64,000 bases of DNA from Minisyncoccota bacterium (GTDB taxonomy: Bacteria; Patescibacteriota; Minisyncoccia; Phycocordibacterales; JABMNX01). The position numbers and the translations under genes were made by a program. Below are positions 37,795-46,858 of the stretch, piece after piece. Each line of letters starts with the position of its first letter. The stretch's first letter is position 1. The notes under the pieces were generated by a model. The model saw only the letters and a program-made list of their open reading frames with translations. It ran no database searches and was not told where the DNA came from. The stretch covers positions 548,637-612,636 of the forward strand of contig OZ244961.1 of NCBI GenBank assembly GCA_965222715.1. The letters run 5' to 3'.

Positions 37795-38238
37795 TTAAAG
37801 CTGGGTTTCTACAGGAAGTCCAGAAAGCTGCCAGTTTTCAATACCACCTTCAATTCTTTGTATATTATAAAATCCCTGATGCTCCAAATAATGGTACCCT
37901 ACCCCAGATGCTAACGCGCCGCTACAAATAAGGACAATGGTTTTATCAGTGTTTCGTGGTAGGTTTCTCCACTCATCATAAAGGGTATGGAGTGGCATAG
38001 AAATTGAGTCAGTCGCATGAACCCGATTGTAACTATTCTCACCTCGAACGTCGATAAATACAAAATCATCAGGATTCTGAGAGAATGCTTCGTAGAATTC
38101 AACAGGATCGACGTCATCAATTGTTGGAGTAATGAGGGGGAAATGTCTTACTGGTGTGAGTAACACAAAAAGTACGCCAATTAAAAAGAAGGCCACTCCT
38201 ATTCCGATATTTTTAAGCGTGAACATATTCCTTATCAT
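37795..38238 (-). CDS. Membrane-anchored rhodanese-like protein
   Basis: FIDVR, LICSGALAS, IEGGIENW. Confidence 0.88.
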   Translation of the reverse strand: MIRNMFTLKNIGIGVAFFLIGVLFVLLTPVRHFPLITPTIDDVDPVEFYEAFSQNPDDFVFIDVRGENSYNRVHATDSISMPLHTLYDEWRNLPRNTDKTIVLICSGALASGVGYHYLEHQGFYNIQRIEGGIENWQLSGLPVETQL

Positions 38239-38274
38239 ACGTATAAGTATAGCGTATTGTGTATACTATCCCAT

Positions 38275-39921
38275 ATGAAAGTTATCAACAATTCTGAAAT
38301 AAGTAGCGCCCATAAAGAAAAGATTGGCTGGCTAAAAAACATATTAGAAGAAAAAGCTTTGCATTTTCGAAACACTTCACCTTTTGAAGCAGAAACCCAA
38401 GAAGGTCAACCTCTTTGGGTGTTTGATATACGTAATGTGCTATTTGAAGCAGAGGTCTTACAGACTATCGCTGAATTGTTTTGGGAAAAATACCATAATG
38501 AAGATAATTGTCAGGTTGGAGGCATGGAAACTTCTGCAATACCACTTATTACCGCTATTGTTCTTGAAGGAATAAAGCGTGGCAAAAAAGTAAGCGGATT
38601 TTACGTACGAAAATCTAGAAAAAAGGCTGGTCTCTTTAGACAAATAGAAGGAGCTCTTTCAGATAAACCAGTAATTTTAGTTGATGATCTACTTCACACT
38701 GGAAAAAGTTTTGTGCGACAAATTACGCTTCTAGAAAAAGAGAAGATAGAAATCACCTCTATCTTTAGTGTTGTGCAGTTTAAAAAAACTGAATCATATA
38801 GAGAAGATATATCTTCTCAGATACGTATTGATTCCCTTTTTAAAATTTATGATTTCTCGAAACTTCACAAACACAAAATAGAAAGTGGCAGCGGAATTCA
38901 TTTTGAATTGAAACATTATTTTAAAAGTAACCATCCTGCATATATATACGCTGTACCAAAATCAACCCCACAGGTTAAAGAACAGGCGGTGTATTACCCT
39001 ACAGACAATGGACACGTCTGGTGCCTTAACAAAAAAGACTTGGGTAAGGTGTGGCATCAAAAATTAGGATTGTTTACACGACAGCATATTTTCACCTCTC
39101 CAGTATTTTTTAAAAAAAATATTGCTATCACCACATATAACGGCCTTCTATATATACTTGATACTCACAAAGGTTCAGTTGTACACCGAGAATCTCTTGC
39201 TGAAAAAATTACTACTTCACCACTACAGTTAGAAAATGAGACTTTGCTAATAGGTACTCAAAATAATACTAATGGGAGCATTGTATGCTACGACGCAGAA
39301 GCTAAAAACATACTGTGGGAGGCACAGACCAATTCCCCTATAGTTGGTGATGGCATTCTCTTTAATAAAGATAATTTTATGTACTGCGATAGCGGAGGTA
39401 CATTTTATATAGGTGACAAAAACGGAGTAACCAAAAAGAAAGAAATAAAAACCACAAAAGAGATAGTGAGTGGCTTAACGCTTTTCGATGAGGGTAGTAA
39501 AATTGCATGGTCATCAATGAGTGGTGAAGTGTTCACCGCAACAGTGGCTATGGAAAATGTAAAAAAAGTATTTCAAGCAGATGCAGGTATATACTCTCGT
39601 CCATATATTATAGAAGGTAGGGCCTACTTTTCTTCTTTGGATAAAAATATATATTGTATTGATTTAAAAAATAAAGAACTCATTTGGCAGTTTTCAACCA
39701 AAGGACGAGTATTTGCCTCTCCAGTAGTACACAATAATGTTGTATACGTGGGGTCAAATGATGCACGAGTGTATGCCCTTCATGCTGAGACTGGACGTGA
39801 GCTTGGTTTTTACCAAACCACCGAACGCATAACCTCCCCTGTTACTCTTTTGGACACAGGTGAATTACTAGTATCTACTTTTGCGAATGAACTATACCTA
39901 CTCTCGGTAACAAGAAAATGA
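38275..39921 (+). CDS. Orotate-PRTase-like domain fused to PQQ/BamB-type beta-propeller
   Basis: GGMETSAIPL, VRKSRK..G, VILVDDLLHTGKS (PRPP loop); repeats such as LIWQFST.GRVFASPVV...VYVGSNDARVYALHAETG. Confidence 0.8.
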   Translation: MKVINNSEISSAHKEKIGWLKNILEEKALHFRNTSPFEAETQEGQPLWVFDIRNVLFEAEVLQTIAELFWEKYHNEDNCQVGGMETSAIPLITAIVLEGIKRGKKVSGFYVRKSRKKAGLFRQIEGALSDKPVILVDDLLHTGKSFVRQITLLEKEKIEITSIFSVVQFKKTESYREDISSQIRIDSLFKIYDFSKLHKHKIESGSGIHFELKHYFKSNHPAYIYAVPKSTPQVKEQAVYYPTDNGHVWCLNKKDLGKVWHQKLGLFTRQHIFTSPVFFKKNIAITTYNGLLYILDTHKGSVVHRESLAEKITTSPLQLENETLLIGTQNNTNGSIVCYDAEAKNILWEAQTNSPIVGDGILFNKDNFMYCDSGGTFYIGDKNGVTKKKEIKTTKEIVSGLTLFDEGSKIAWSSMSGEVFTATVAMENVKKVFQADAGIYSRPYIIEGRAYFSSLDKNIYCIDLKNKELIWQFSTKGRVFASPVVHNNVVYVGSNDARVYALHAETGRELGFYQTTERITSPVTLLDTGELLVSTFANELYLLSVTRK

Positions 39922-39933
39922 TGAGCTATCGCA

Positions 39934-41877
39934 TCATAATGAAACATGATTCTCTAGACGACTTATCCCAATTAGTATGTGTCCTGCTGAATCTATCCAA
40001 GATGTGTGATTAAAATGATCGTGCATAATTGAACCTTCTAATTTTTTCTGAAATTCAGGTTTAACAGCAAAGAACGACTCTTCTGTGTATTGAAATTGTA
40101 GGAGCCAAGCAAGTGTTTTTTTGTTTACGTCAGCTAGTGTTGAGTCGATTGCGAGAGCTTCAAATATTTTCCCCGTTCCACGGGTGTATGTGTAGGGAGA
40201 AATTGTTGTGTTTGAGAATGAACCATTTGTATTTTGCTGTGAACTATACCAATTCATTATATTTGCATATTCTTTTTCTGAAAAAAATGAATCTTTGATA
40301 GTGTGTGTGTAATAAAATAAGAGTGGTACTAATTCAGCATACTCGGCAAGTGATATTTCTTCTTTTTTTTGCACTAACTCTTCCCATTGTGTGTATATAT
40401 CTTTGGTTATCTTTTTTGAGTGCTCCAGATACGATTTGTTTGATTCTCCTGCCTCAAATAGTAGCGAAGCAATCTGGAGGCGTGTAATTACTGAAGTAGC
40501 CTTATTAAAAGATTTAGCATATATCTTTTCTATGTATGTATGACAGAGGTCTACATTCCCTTCTATAAGAAACAGTCTCCCAAGGTAAGCGTGGGTAAGT
40601 AGGTATATGTCATCCGGCATGTACGTCACCTCATCAATAATAGAGTGTATGTAGTGCCCCGCCTTACGTGCCGCTTGGGTATACTTTTTACTTTTCGTAC
40701 ACCTTCCGTACATACCAAGCGCGAAGCTAGAAAACGCCATACGTGGCCAATCCGTACCCTCAAGTAATTGAGTGTATGGATTTGCACGCCGAGGAAGAAA
40801 GCCAGTTTCGCTTTGTATTCGGCATATCCAATCAGCCATACTATCGGCTTTTTCTTTTATACCTTGTGTGGTTAATTTCTTCTCTACTTTAGACTCAAGA
40901 ATTGAGCCATGTAATGTATGCATTTTCTTTGTATCATCTCCTTCTATACATATACTCACTTCAAAAGTTTCAAAACGACTACGGGTAAGATTTTCTTCAG
41001 AAATCCTTCCTTTTTGTGTTGCCAGTGTTTTAAGAAAATTAGAGTAATTTGGAAACAAAGTCATATTAAAAACCGAAGGAAGAAACCAACCCATCTGGTC
41101 TCTATGCCTTACACGGTACCCTTTATTCTCTAATATAGAATTATAAAGTCTTGGGTTGGGGGCAGGAATATACAGATCGGTAAATATATTTACCTCAATA
41201 GTGAGTTTTTCTAGTTCATCGTATGTAAGGGGTTCAAAGCGTGGATCCCGCGCAGAGCGTATTACACCTTCCACCAGTGCATGAGTGAGTGATTCTCCTC
41301 GATAAATAATTGAGCCACGCACCGTACCCGAAACCCAAAGCACTACATCAACAAGTGCTGGTTCAGTAAATAAACCATCAAGATTCATAGTACCTTCTTC
41401 AAGTGGCAATCTTTTTTTATGAAGAAGAAAATATTCTAAACTTTTTCGTGCAAGACTTAATGCTTTTCTTTTATCAGAATCACTTAAACCATGACGTATG
41501 ACTCTTCGCTCATTTTTAATATATTCATAGATATGGAGTAGCGGGGATGTATACAAAGCAGCATACGTATCTTTTTCCTTAAAGCGATCATGTTGAATTG
41601 CTGGGGTACATACAAAAAAACGCGGTTGCCCATGTTTTGTATACCGTTTATTAATACGACCATTTTTTATTTGAAATCGAGCATCTATAGTCTTTAACCT
41701 GAACTCAACCACCCCATCTATTTTCTTACCTCTAACCCAGTTTAAAAAAACCCTTACTACTAAATGCTCGTAGTGGTATTCTCTGTATAATTTTTTTATA
41801 TTCTCAAATCTAGAGCGTATCTGCATATATATCACGTATAGAGGTAAGTATAACGTATTTACAGTACGCATAAGCAA
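39934..41877 (-). CDS. AMMECR1-domain protein with C-terminal helical (toroid-like) domain
   Basis: LSLARKSLEYFL, RGSI, SARDPRFEPLT.DELEKLTIEV, GWFLPSV, K(G) motifs; helical C-terminus. Confidence 0.75.
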   Translation of the reverse strand: MLMRTVNTLYLPLYVIYMQIRSRFENIKKLYREYHYEHLVVRVFLNWVRGKKIDGVVEFRLKTIDARFQIKNGRINKRYTKHGQPRFFVCTPAIQHDRFKEKDTYAALYTSPLLHIYEYIKNERRVIRHGLSDSDKRKALSLARKSLEYFLLHKKRLPLEEGTMNLDGLFTEPALVDVVLWVSGTVRGSIIYRGESLTHALVEGVIRSARDPRFEPLTYDELEKLTIEVNIFTDLYIPAPNPRLYNSILENKGYRVRHRDQMGWFLPSVFNMTLFPNYSNFLKTLATQKGRISEENLTRSRFETFEVSICIEGDDTKKMHTLHGSILESKVEKKLTTQGIKEKADSMADWICRIQSETGFLPRRANPYTQLLEGTDWPRMAFSSFALGMYGRCTKSKKYTQAARKAGHYIHSIIDEVTYMPDDIYLLTHAYLGRLFLIEGNVDLCHTYIEKIYAKSFNKATSVITRLQIASLLFEAGESNKSYLEHSKKITKDIYTQWEELVQKKEEISLAEYAELVPLLFYYTHTIKDSFFSEKEYANIMNWYSSQQNTNGSFSNTTISPYTYTRGTGKIFEALAIDSTLADVNKKTLAWLLQFQYTEESFFAVKPEFQKKLEGSIMHDHFNHTSWIDSAGHILIGISRLENHVSL

Positions 41878-41929
41878 CTACGAAACGCATGGAAAAATAC
41901 TAAAAAAATGTTAGAGTAAGCCAGCATAT

Positions 41930-42001
41930 GCTCCCGTAGTTTAATGGATAGAATACAGGTTTGCGGAACCTGCGATCCAAGTTCGATTCTTGGCGGGAGC
42001 A
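41930..42001 (+). tRNA. tRNA-Arg(GCG)
   Basis: GCTCCCG...CAGGT-TTGCGGA-ACCTG...GTTCGATTC..CGGGAGCA. Confidence 0.93.
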
Positions 42002-42070
42002 CCGAGATAAATAAAAAAATCCAATGTTTTGGATTTTTTTATTTAGAACGCAAACTGCTTTGCGTTCGTG

Positions 42071-42175
42071 TCTCGGTGCTAAGCGCAGCTATATCGCCAG
42101 GCGATAGCGAGCTGGGGTCGAGCGCACTTAGTATTTTGTGAACTTGTGAGACAAAATACTTAGTGACGGGTGACC
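42071..42175 (+). repeat. tRNA-Arg(GCG)-associated structured element
   Basis: tctcggtgct is the inverse of 41998-42007; core GCGCAGC..GCGAGCTGGGGTCG..ACTTAG..CTTAGTGACGGGTGACC. Confidence 0.75.
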
Positions 42176-42268
42176 ACAAAACAAACCAGTTAAAGCTAAC
42201 ATCAAAAGAAAGAAAAACACCTCAGGCACCTGAGGTGTTTTTCTTAATACTCTATAATACTATTGAGA

Positions 42269-42532
42269 TTACCCTATCTTCTTAATTGCTGCGGCGAGCC
42301 GAGACTTCTTGCGACTCGCAGTATTTTTCTTAATAACTCCGCGTTTCGCTGCTTTATCAATTGCTTTATATACCTTCGGGAGGAGTGAGCGAGCATCATC
42401 AGCTTTTTTATCTTTAATAAAGTCCCCCACCTCTTTCAGGGTCTCTCGCATAGTGCGTGTGCGACGCACATTAAAGACTCGCTTCTTGAGCGAGCTGCGA
42501 TGCGCTTTTTGTGCTGATTTTGTATTTGCCAT
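42269..42532 (-). CDS. rpsT: 30S ribosomal protein S20
   Basis: MANTKSAQKA, IDKAAKRGVIKKNTASRKKSRL. Confidence 0.97.
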   Translation of the reverse strand: MANTKSAQKAHRSSLKKRVFNVRRTRTMRETLKEVGDFIKDKKADDARSLLPKVYKAIDKAAKRGVIKKNTASRKKSRLAAAIKKIG

Positions 42533-42600
42533 ATGTGGCAAAGAATATACCAGTTTTATTGAAGTGACGCAACTAAAAGGTTGAGGTATGATAAACAACA

Positions 42601-43170
42601 ATGATTGCCCAATTAGAAGGAACTGTGAGTGGAAGTGGTGTTGACTACATCGTACTTAAAGTAAGTGGTGTTGGTTATCGAGTACACATGACTATTGAAT
42701 CAACTGCTCGAGCAATACAAGATCAAGGACTCTCTCTCTGGACCCATCTTTCGGTTCGGGAGACTTCTTTAGAACTTTACGGATTCTATAGTGAAGATGA
42801 ATTGTCTTTTTTTGAAATGCTTATTTCAGTTTCTGGTATTGGTCCTAAATCAGCTCTCGGTATTATGAATCTTGAAACTGTAGAAACACTTTCTTCGGCA
42901 ATTTCTCAAGGAGATACAACCTACCTCACCAAAGTTTCAGGTATTGGTAAAAAAAGTGCTGAGAAAATTATTATTGAACTGCGAGATAAAATTGTTGCTC
43001 GTGAAGACAGTGAACAGCACGCTCATGCAGAAGATGCTGATGCACTTGAGGCACTTCAATCTTTAGGATACTCAGTGAGAGAGTCACGAGAAGCATTGAA
43101 ATCAGTGTCAAAAGATATACATGGCGCACAACAACGGATTACTGAAGCATTAAAGGTACTCGGAAAATAG
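42601..43170 (+). CDS. ruvA: Holliday junction branch migration protein RuvA
   Basis: GVGYRV, LYGF, VSGIGPKSAL, GIGKKSAEKIIIELRDK. Confidence 0.97.
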   Translation: MIAQLEGTVSGSGVDYIVLKVSGVGYRVHMTIESTARAIQDQGLSLWTHLSVRETSLELYGFYSEDELSFFEMLISVSGIGPKSALGIMNLETVETLSSAISQGDTTYLTKVSGIGKKSAEKIIIELRDKIVAREDSEQHAHAEDADALEALQSLGYSVRESREALKSVSKDIHGAQQRITEALKVLGK

Positions 43171-43173
43171 CGT

Positions 43174-44430
43174 ATGAGATTCTTTAAAAGACTTATTCCA
43201 ACACCCCTCTTTAGAGTAGTACAACCAACCTATCACTTTCTTCTTGCCGCCATTGGTGCACTCTATTACCGCTTCCCCTCAAAAAAATTAGTAGTTATTG
43301 GGGTCACTGGTACTAAGGGTAAATCAAGCACTGTTGAATTGATTAACAGTATTTTTGAAGAGGCTGGGTATACAACCGCAGTATTGAGTACGATTCGCTT
43401 CAAGGTTTCAGACAATTCCCTTCCTAACCGACTCAAGATGACCATGCCGGGGAGATTTTTTGTGCAATCATTTCTCAATCAAGCACACACACGGGGGTGT
43501 ACTCACGCTATTATCGAAATGACCTCAGAGGGTGTTAAACAATTTAGACATCGCTTCATTGACCTTGATGCACTGGTGTTTACCAACATCGAACCAGAGC
43601 ACATTGAGTCACACGGCTCATTTGAAAACTACCTTAATGCAAAACTTAAGCTGCGTGACCTACTCGAACGCTCAAGTAAACAAGATACCGCTCTAGTTGC
43701 AAATAGTGATGACTCTCATGGCAAAGAATTTCTCAAGGTTAGAAAGGCAAAGCCGATTCCTTTTTCACTCTCAAAAACAAAACATAGATTAACAAATAAT
43801 GGTATTGAAATTACCTATAACGAAATATGTATCACCTCCCCTCTTGAAGGCGCTGGAAATGCAGCAAATATACTTGCTGCCATTAAGATTGGAGAGCACT
43901 TCTCGATCCCACTAGAAGCAATACAAAAAGGTATTGAGAAAGTAGAAGTTATCCCAGGAAGATTTGAGCACATTGACCTACATCAAGCATTCGATGTGGT
44001 GGTTGATTATGCGCACACCCCGCAATCACTTGAACAGCTATATCAAACGTTTAAAGATAAACATAAAATATGTGTTCTGGGGAACACTGGCGGCGGCCGA
44101 GATACCTGGAAACGCCCTGAAATGGGGCGTATTGCTGAAGAGTATTGTGCACGGGTTATTCTCACCAATGAAGACCCGTATGACGAAGATCCAGAGAAGA
44201 TACTTCGTGATATGACAGAAGGAATGAAGAGTGGACCAACAATTATACTGGACCGTCGAGAGGCGATGCGCACTGCATTTACCCATGCCAAAAAATACCC
44301 TGGGAATACAGTAGTTCTTATTACTGGGAAAGGAACTGATCCATATATTATGGAAGCAGAGGGAGTACGAACACCGTGGAGTGACGCCCGTGTAGCACAA
44401 GAAGAATTAGAGCGGCTACAAAACTCTTAA
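43174..44430 (+). CDS. murE: Mur ligase, MurE-like
   Basis: GVTGTKGKSST, EMTSEG, PGRFE, DYAHTP, EDPYDE, TGKG. Confidence 0.88.
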   Translation: MRFFKRLIPTPLFRVVQPTYHFLLAAIGALYYRFPSKKLVVIGVTGTKGKSSTVELINSIFEEAGYTTAVLSTIRFKVSDNSLPNRLKMTMPGRFFVQSFLNQAHTRGCTHAIIEMTSEGVKQFRHRFIDLDALVFTNIEPEHIESHGSFENYLNAKLKLRDLLERSSKQDTALVANSDDSHGKEFLKVRKAKPIPFSLSKTKHRLTNNGIEITYNEICITSPLEGAGNAANILAAIKIGEHFSIPLEAIQKGIEKVEVIPGRFEHIDLHQAFDVVVDYAHTPQSLEQLYQTFKDKHKICVLGNTGGGRDTWKRPEMGRIAEEYCARVILTNEDPYDEDPEKILRDMTEGMKSGPTIILDRREAMRTAFTHAKKYPGNTVVLITGKGTDPYIMEAEGVRTPWSDARVAQEELERLQNS

Positions 44431-44475
44431 GGAAAGTATTAACAAGCACCTAAGAACAGCGTAGTATTACTCAAT

Positions 44476-45396
44476 ATGAGACAGTATCCACACACACAGA
44501 AAGGTGAAGCGACTCGGGATTTTTTGTTTTTTGTTGCCATTCTTTTTGTACTTGGGGTGTTGTGGGTGCTCTCTGGTGGCCCTTCTCAAAACAGCGGTGG
44601 ATTACTAGGAGGGCAAAGACTTGGATTTTCTCCAATTGAGCGTAATGGCGAGAGAGGCACCCAGGAAGAGCGGTACGAGGAAATCCGTGAGCGCTACGGA
44701 GACGCAAGAGACTTTGGAGAAACCTCTCCACATTGGGGGCTCGTAACGATAAACTCATCGCGAGGTATGAAAGAAACTCGAGTGCAAGAAGAGTATCTCA
44801 TTCTTGAAGTATCAAGAAATCTAAAAGAACCACTTACCGTAACCAACTGGAGGATTCAGAGTATGGTCTCAAATAAAAGTGTCTCCATTCCTGAAGCAAC
44901 AAAAATTTCTACATCAGGAACAGTGAACATTGAACAACCGCTTGTTGTTTCTCCTCGTGATGTACTCTATGTCGCAACAGGACATTCACCAACAGGATAC
45001 TCTTTTAAGGTAAATAAATGTTCTGGATACTTTGAACAATTCCAAAACTTTACTCCACGACTAGAGAAGTCATGTCCACTCCCTCTCGATGAACTTGATT
45101 TTGCTGAGAGCGATCCAATTCGTTTTGGTGGCGACTGTCTTGACTACATTGAGGACATTCCCCGCTGCCACATGCCTATCGATGCCCTTCCTATTGGATT
45201 CAATAATTCATGTGCCCTCTTTATTACTGAAAAAATAAACTACAACACCTGCGTAGAGAATCATCGAAACGATACTGACTTCTTTGAACCAGAGTGGCGT
45301 GTGTTCTTACGCCAAAATGAAGAGTTGTGGGACACAAGGGACATTGTTCGCCTACTTGATGAAGAAGGAAAAGTTGTTGATGTACTATCCTACTAA
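44476..45396 (+). CDS. Conserved CPR membrane-anchored extracellular protein, Cys-rich
   Basis: N-terminal TM; EEYLIL, TNWRI, NKCSGYF, LLDEEGKVVD motifs; 6 Cys. Confidence 0.6.
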   Translation: MRQYPHTQKGEATRDFLFFVAILFVLGVLWVLSGGPSQNSGGLLGGQRLGFSPIERNGERGTQEERYEEIRERYGDARDFGETSPHWGLVTINSSRGMKETRVQEEYLILEVSRNLKEPLTVTNWRIQSMVSNKSVSIPEATKISTSGTVNIEQPLVVSPRDVLYVATGHSPTGYSFKVNKCSGYFEQFQNFTPRLEKSCPLPLDELDFAESDPIRFGGDCLDYIEDIPRCHMPIDALPIGFNNSCALFITEKINYNTCVENHRNDTDFFEPEWRVFLRQNEELWDTRDIVRLLDEEGKVVDVLSY

Positions 45397-45403
45397 CCAT
45401 TTC

Positions 45404-45880
45404 TTACTCACCCACTGACTCAGGTATATAGTGGAATAAAATAATACCTGCAGTAACACTGACATTGAGTGATTCCTTCTCTCCATGCATTGGAATGTCA
45501 ATAACTGTATCGCACATACCGAGGACTTCCCTACTCAACCCCTCAACTTCGCTTCCAAATACAAATGCTGTTTTACCTGAAGGAGAAAAGGATGTATATG
45601 TTTTTGATTCTGGTGTCTGTTCAACACCCACAATCGCGTACCCCTCGTCTTTTAATGAGTCTAGAACGTCTTTAATCTCTACTTTCTCCCACGGTACTGT
45701 TTTTTCAGCACCAAGTGCAGTTTTGTGAAGCGCTACGACCTCTCGACCAAAACGATCGATTGGCGCCGGTGTGTAGCCAGTAAGGTACACCTTATGTACA
45801 CCAGCAGCGTCAGCCGTGCGGAAAAGTGATCCGACGTTATGTACACTTCGTACATTATGAAAAATGACTACAGTATCCAT
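45404..45880 (-). CDS. SpoU/TrmH-family RNA methyltransferase
   Basis: HNVRSVHNVGSLFRT, VFGSEVEG, IPMHGEKESLNVS. Confidence 0.93.
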   Translation of the reverse strand: MDTVVIFHNVRSVHNVGSLFRTADAAGVHKVYLTGYTPAPIDRFGREVVALHKTALGAEKTVPWEKVEIKDVLDSLKDEGYAIVGVEQTPESKTYTSFSPSGKTAFVFGSEVEGLSREVLGMCDTVIDIPMHGEKESLNVSVTAGIILFHYIPESVGE

Positions 45881-45935
45881 GTACCATGAGAGTAGCGGTG
45901 GCACGAGGTAAAGTCAACGTGCTACAATAGCTTCT

Positions 45936-46361
45936 ATGCTCAGTGTATTCCCTTCACTTTTTATATTAAGTATCTTTGTACCAGTACTACTCCGTCTTGT
46001 GGTTGGCATCTTCTTTTTTACTATTGGCTACCGACACCTCACTAAAGAACAAGACGTGCTTGGTAAAGAATTCAGTGCCTGGTTTCAAACATACCTACCA
46101 TTTCTTGCACCTGTTGCGAAACCCTACGTGGTGCTTCTTGCTCTTATTGAAATACTCCTTGGCCTTACACTGATTGCTGGGTTCCTCACCCAAGTAGCTG
46201 CGCTTATTGGTTTCATCTATATGATAAAGTTGGTCTGGCTACAGAAAGGATTCCCTCACTTTGCGAATCATGAGCGACTTGTCTACATTCTCTTTGCGGT
46301 AGTACTCTTCTCACTCCTTATTCTTGGACCAGGTGCACCAGCAGTTGATTTGCCGCTCTAG
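45936..46361 (+). CDS. DoxX-family membrane protein
   Basis: LLRLVVG, GFLTQVAA, GPGAPAVD. Confidence 0.8.
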   Translation: MLSVFPSLFILSIFVPVLLRLVVGIFFFTIGYRHLTKEQDVLGKEFSAWFQTYLPFLAPVAKPYVVLLALIEILLGLTLIAGFLTQVAALIGFIYMIKLVWLQKGFPHFANHERLVYILFAVVLFSLLILGPGAPAVDLPL

Positions 46362-46428
46362 TTTCAAAATATCTATCTAGAATTATCTCTCATGTGTGGT
46401 ATAGTCTGTGGGTACTCATGAGTACAGA

Positions 46429-46504
46429 CCGCCTATAGCTCAGTTGGTAGAGCAACTGCCTTTTAAGCAGTGGGTCGTAGGTTCGAGTCCTACTGGGCGG
46501 ACCA
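46429..46504 (+). tRNA. tRNA-Lys(TTT)
   Basis: CCGCCTATAGCTCAG...ACTGC-CTTTTAA-GCAGT...GTTCGAGTCC..TGGGCGGACCA. Confidence 0.95.
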
Positions 46505-46557
46505 ATGAAACTTAGCACCCGACGCGATGAGCGTTGGGTGTTTAGTTTTACTCTGAT

Positions 46558-46768
46558 CCAGTAGGACTCGAAAGACGGAGCAGCGGGTCCCCGCTTTAGC
46601 GGGGCTGCGAGTCGGGGTCGCGAGTACTTAGCGCGTAGCGCTTAGTAACTCGTGACCAAGTCCTACTGGGCGGAGCGCTGTCGAGTGAAACGAGACCGCG
46701 AGCACAGACCAAAAGCACTTGGTAAATTTCGAATGAAATGAAGAAATGTACTTAGTGACTGGTGGTGA
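46558..46768 (+). repeat. tRNA-Lys-associated structured element plus second degenerate core
   Basis: 15-bp perfect inverted copy 46558-46572; core; 16-bp direct copy 46659-46674; second core-like unit ending TACTTAGTGAC at about 46749-46759. Confidence 0.82.
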
Positions 46769-46858
46769 CGATAGGAAAAAAGCAATCCTGGCACAAAACC
46801 ATCTTTTTTGGTACGTTTCTCTTAGATTAGATATAACAAAAACGGAAAGGGCTCTGTA

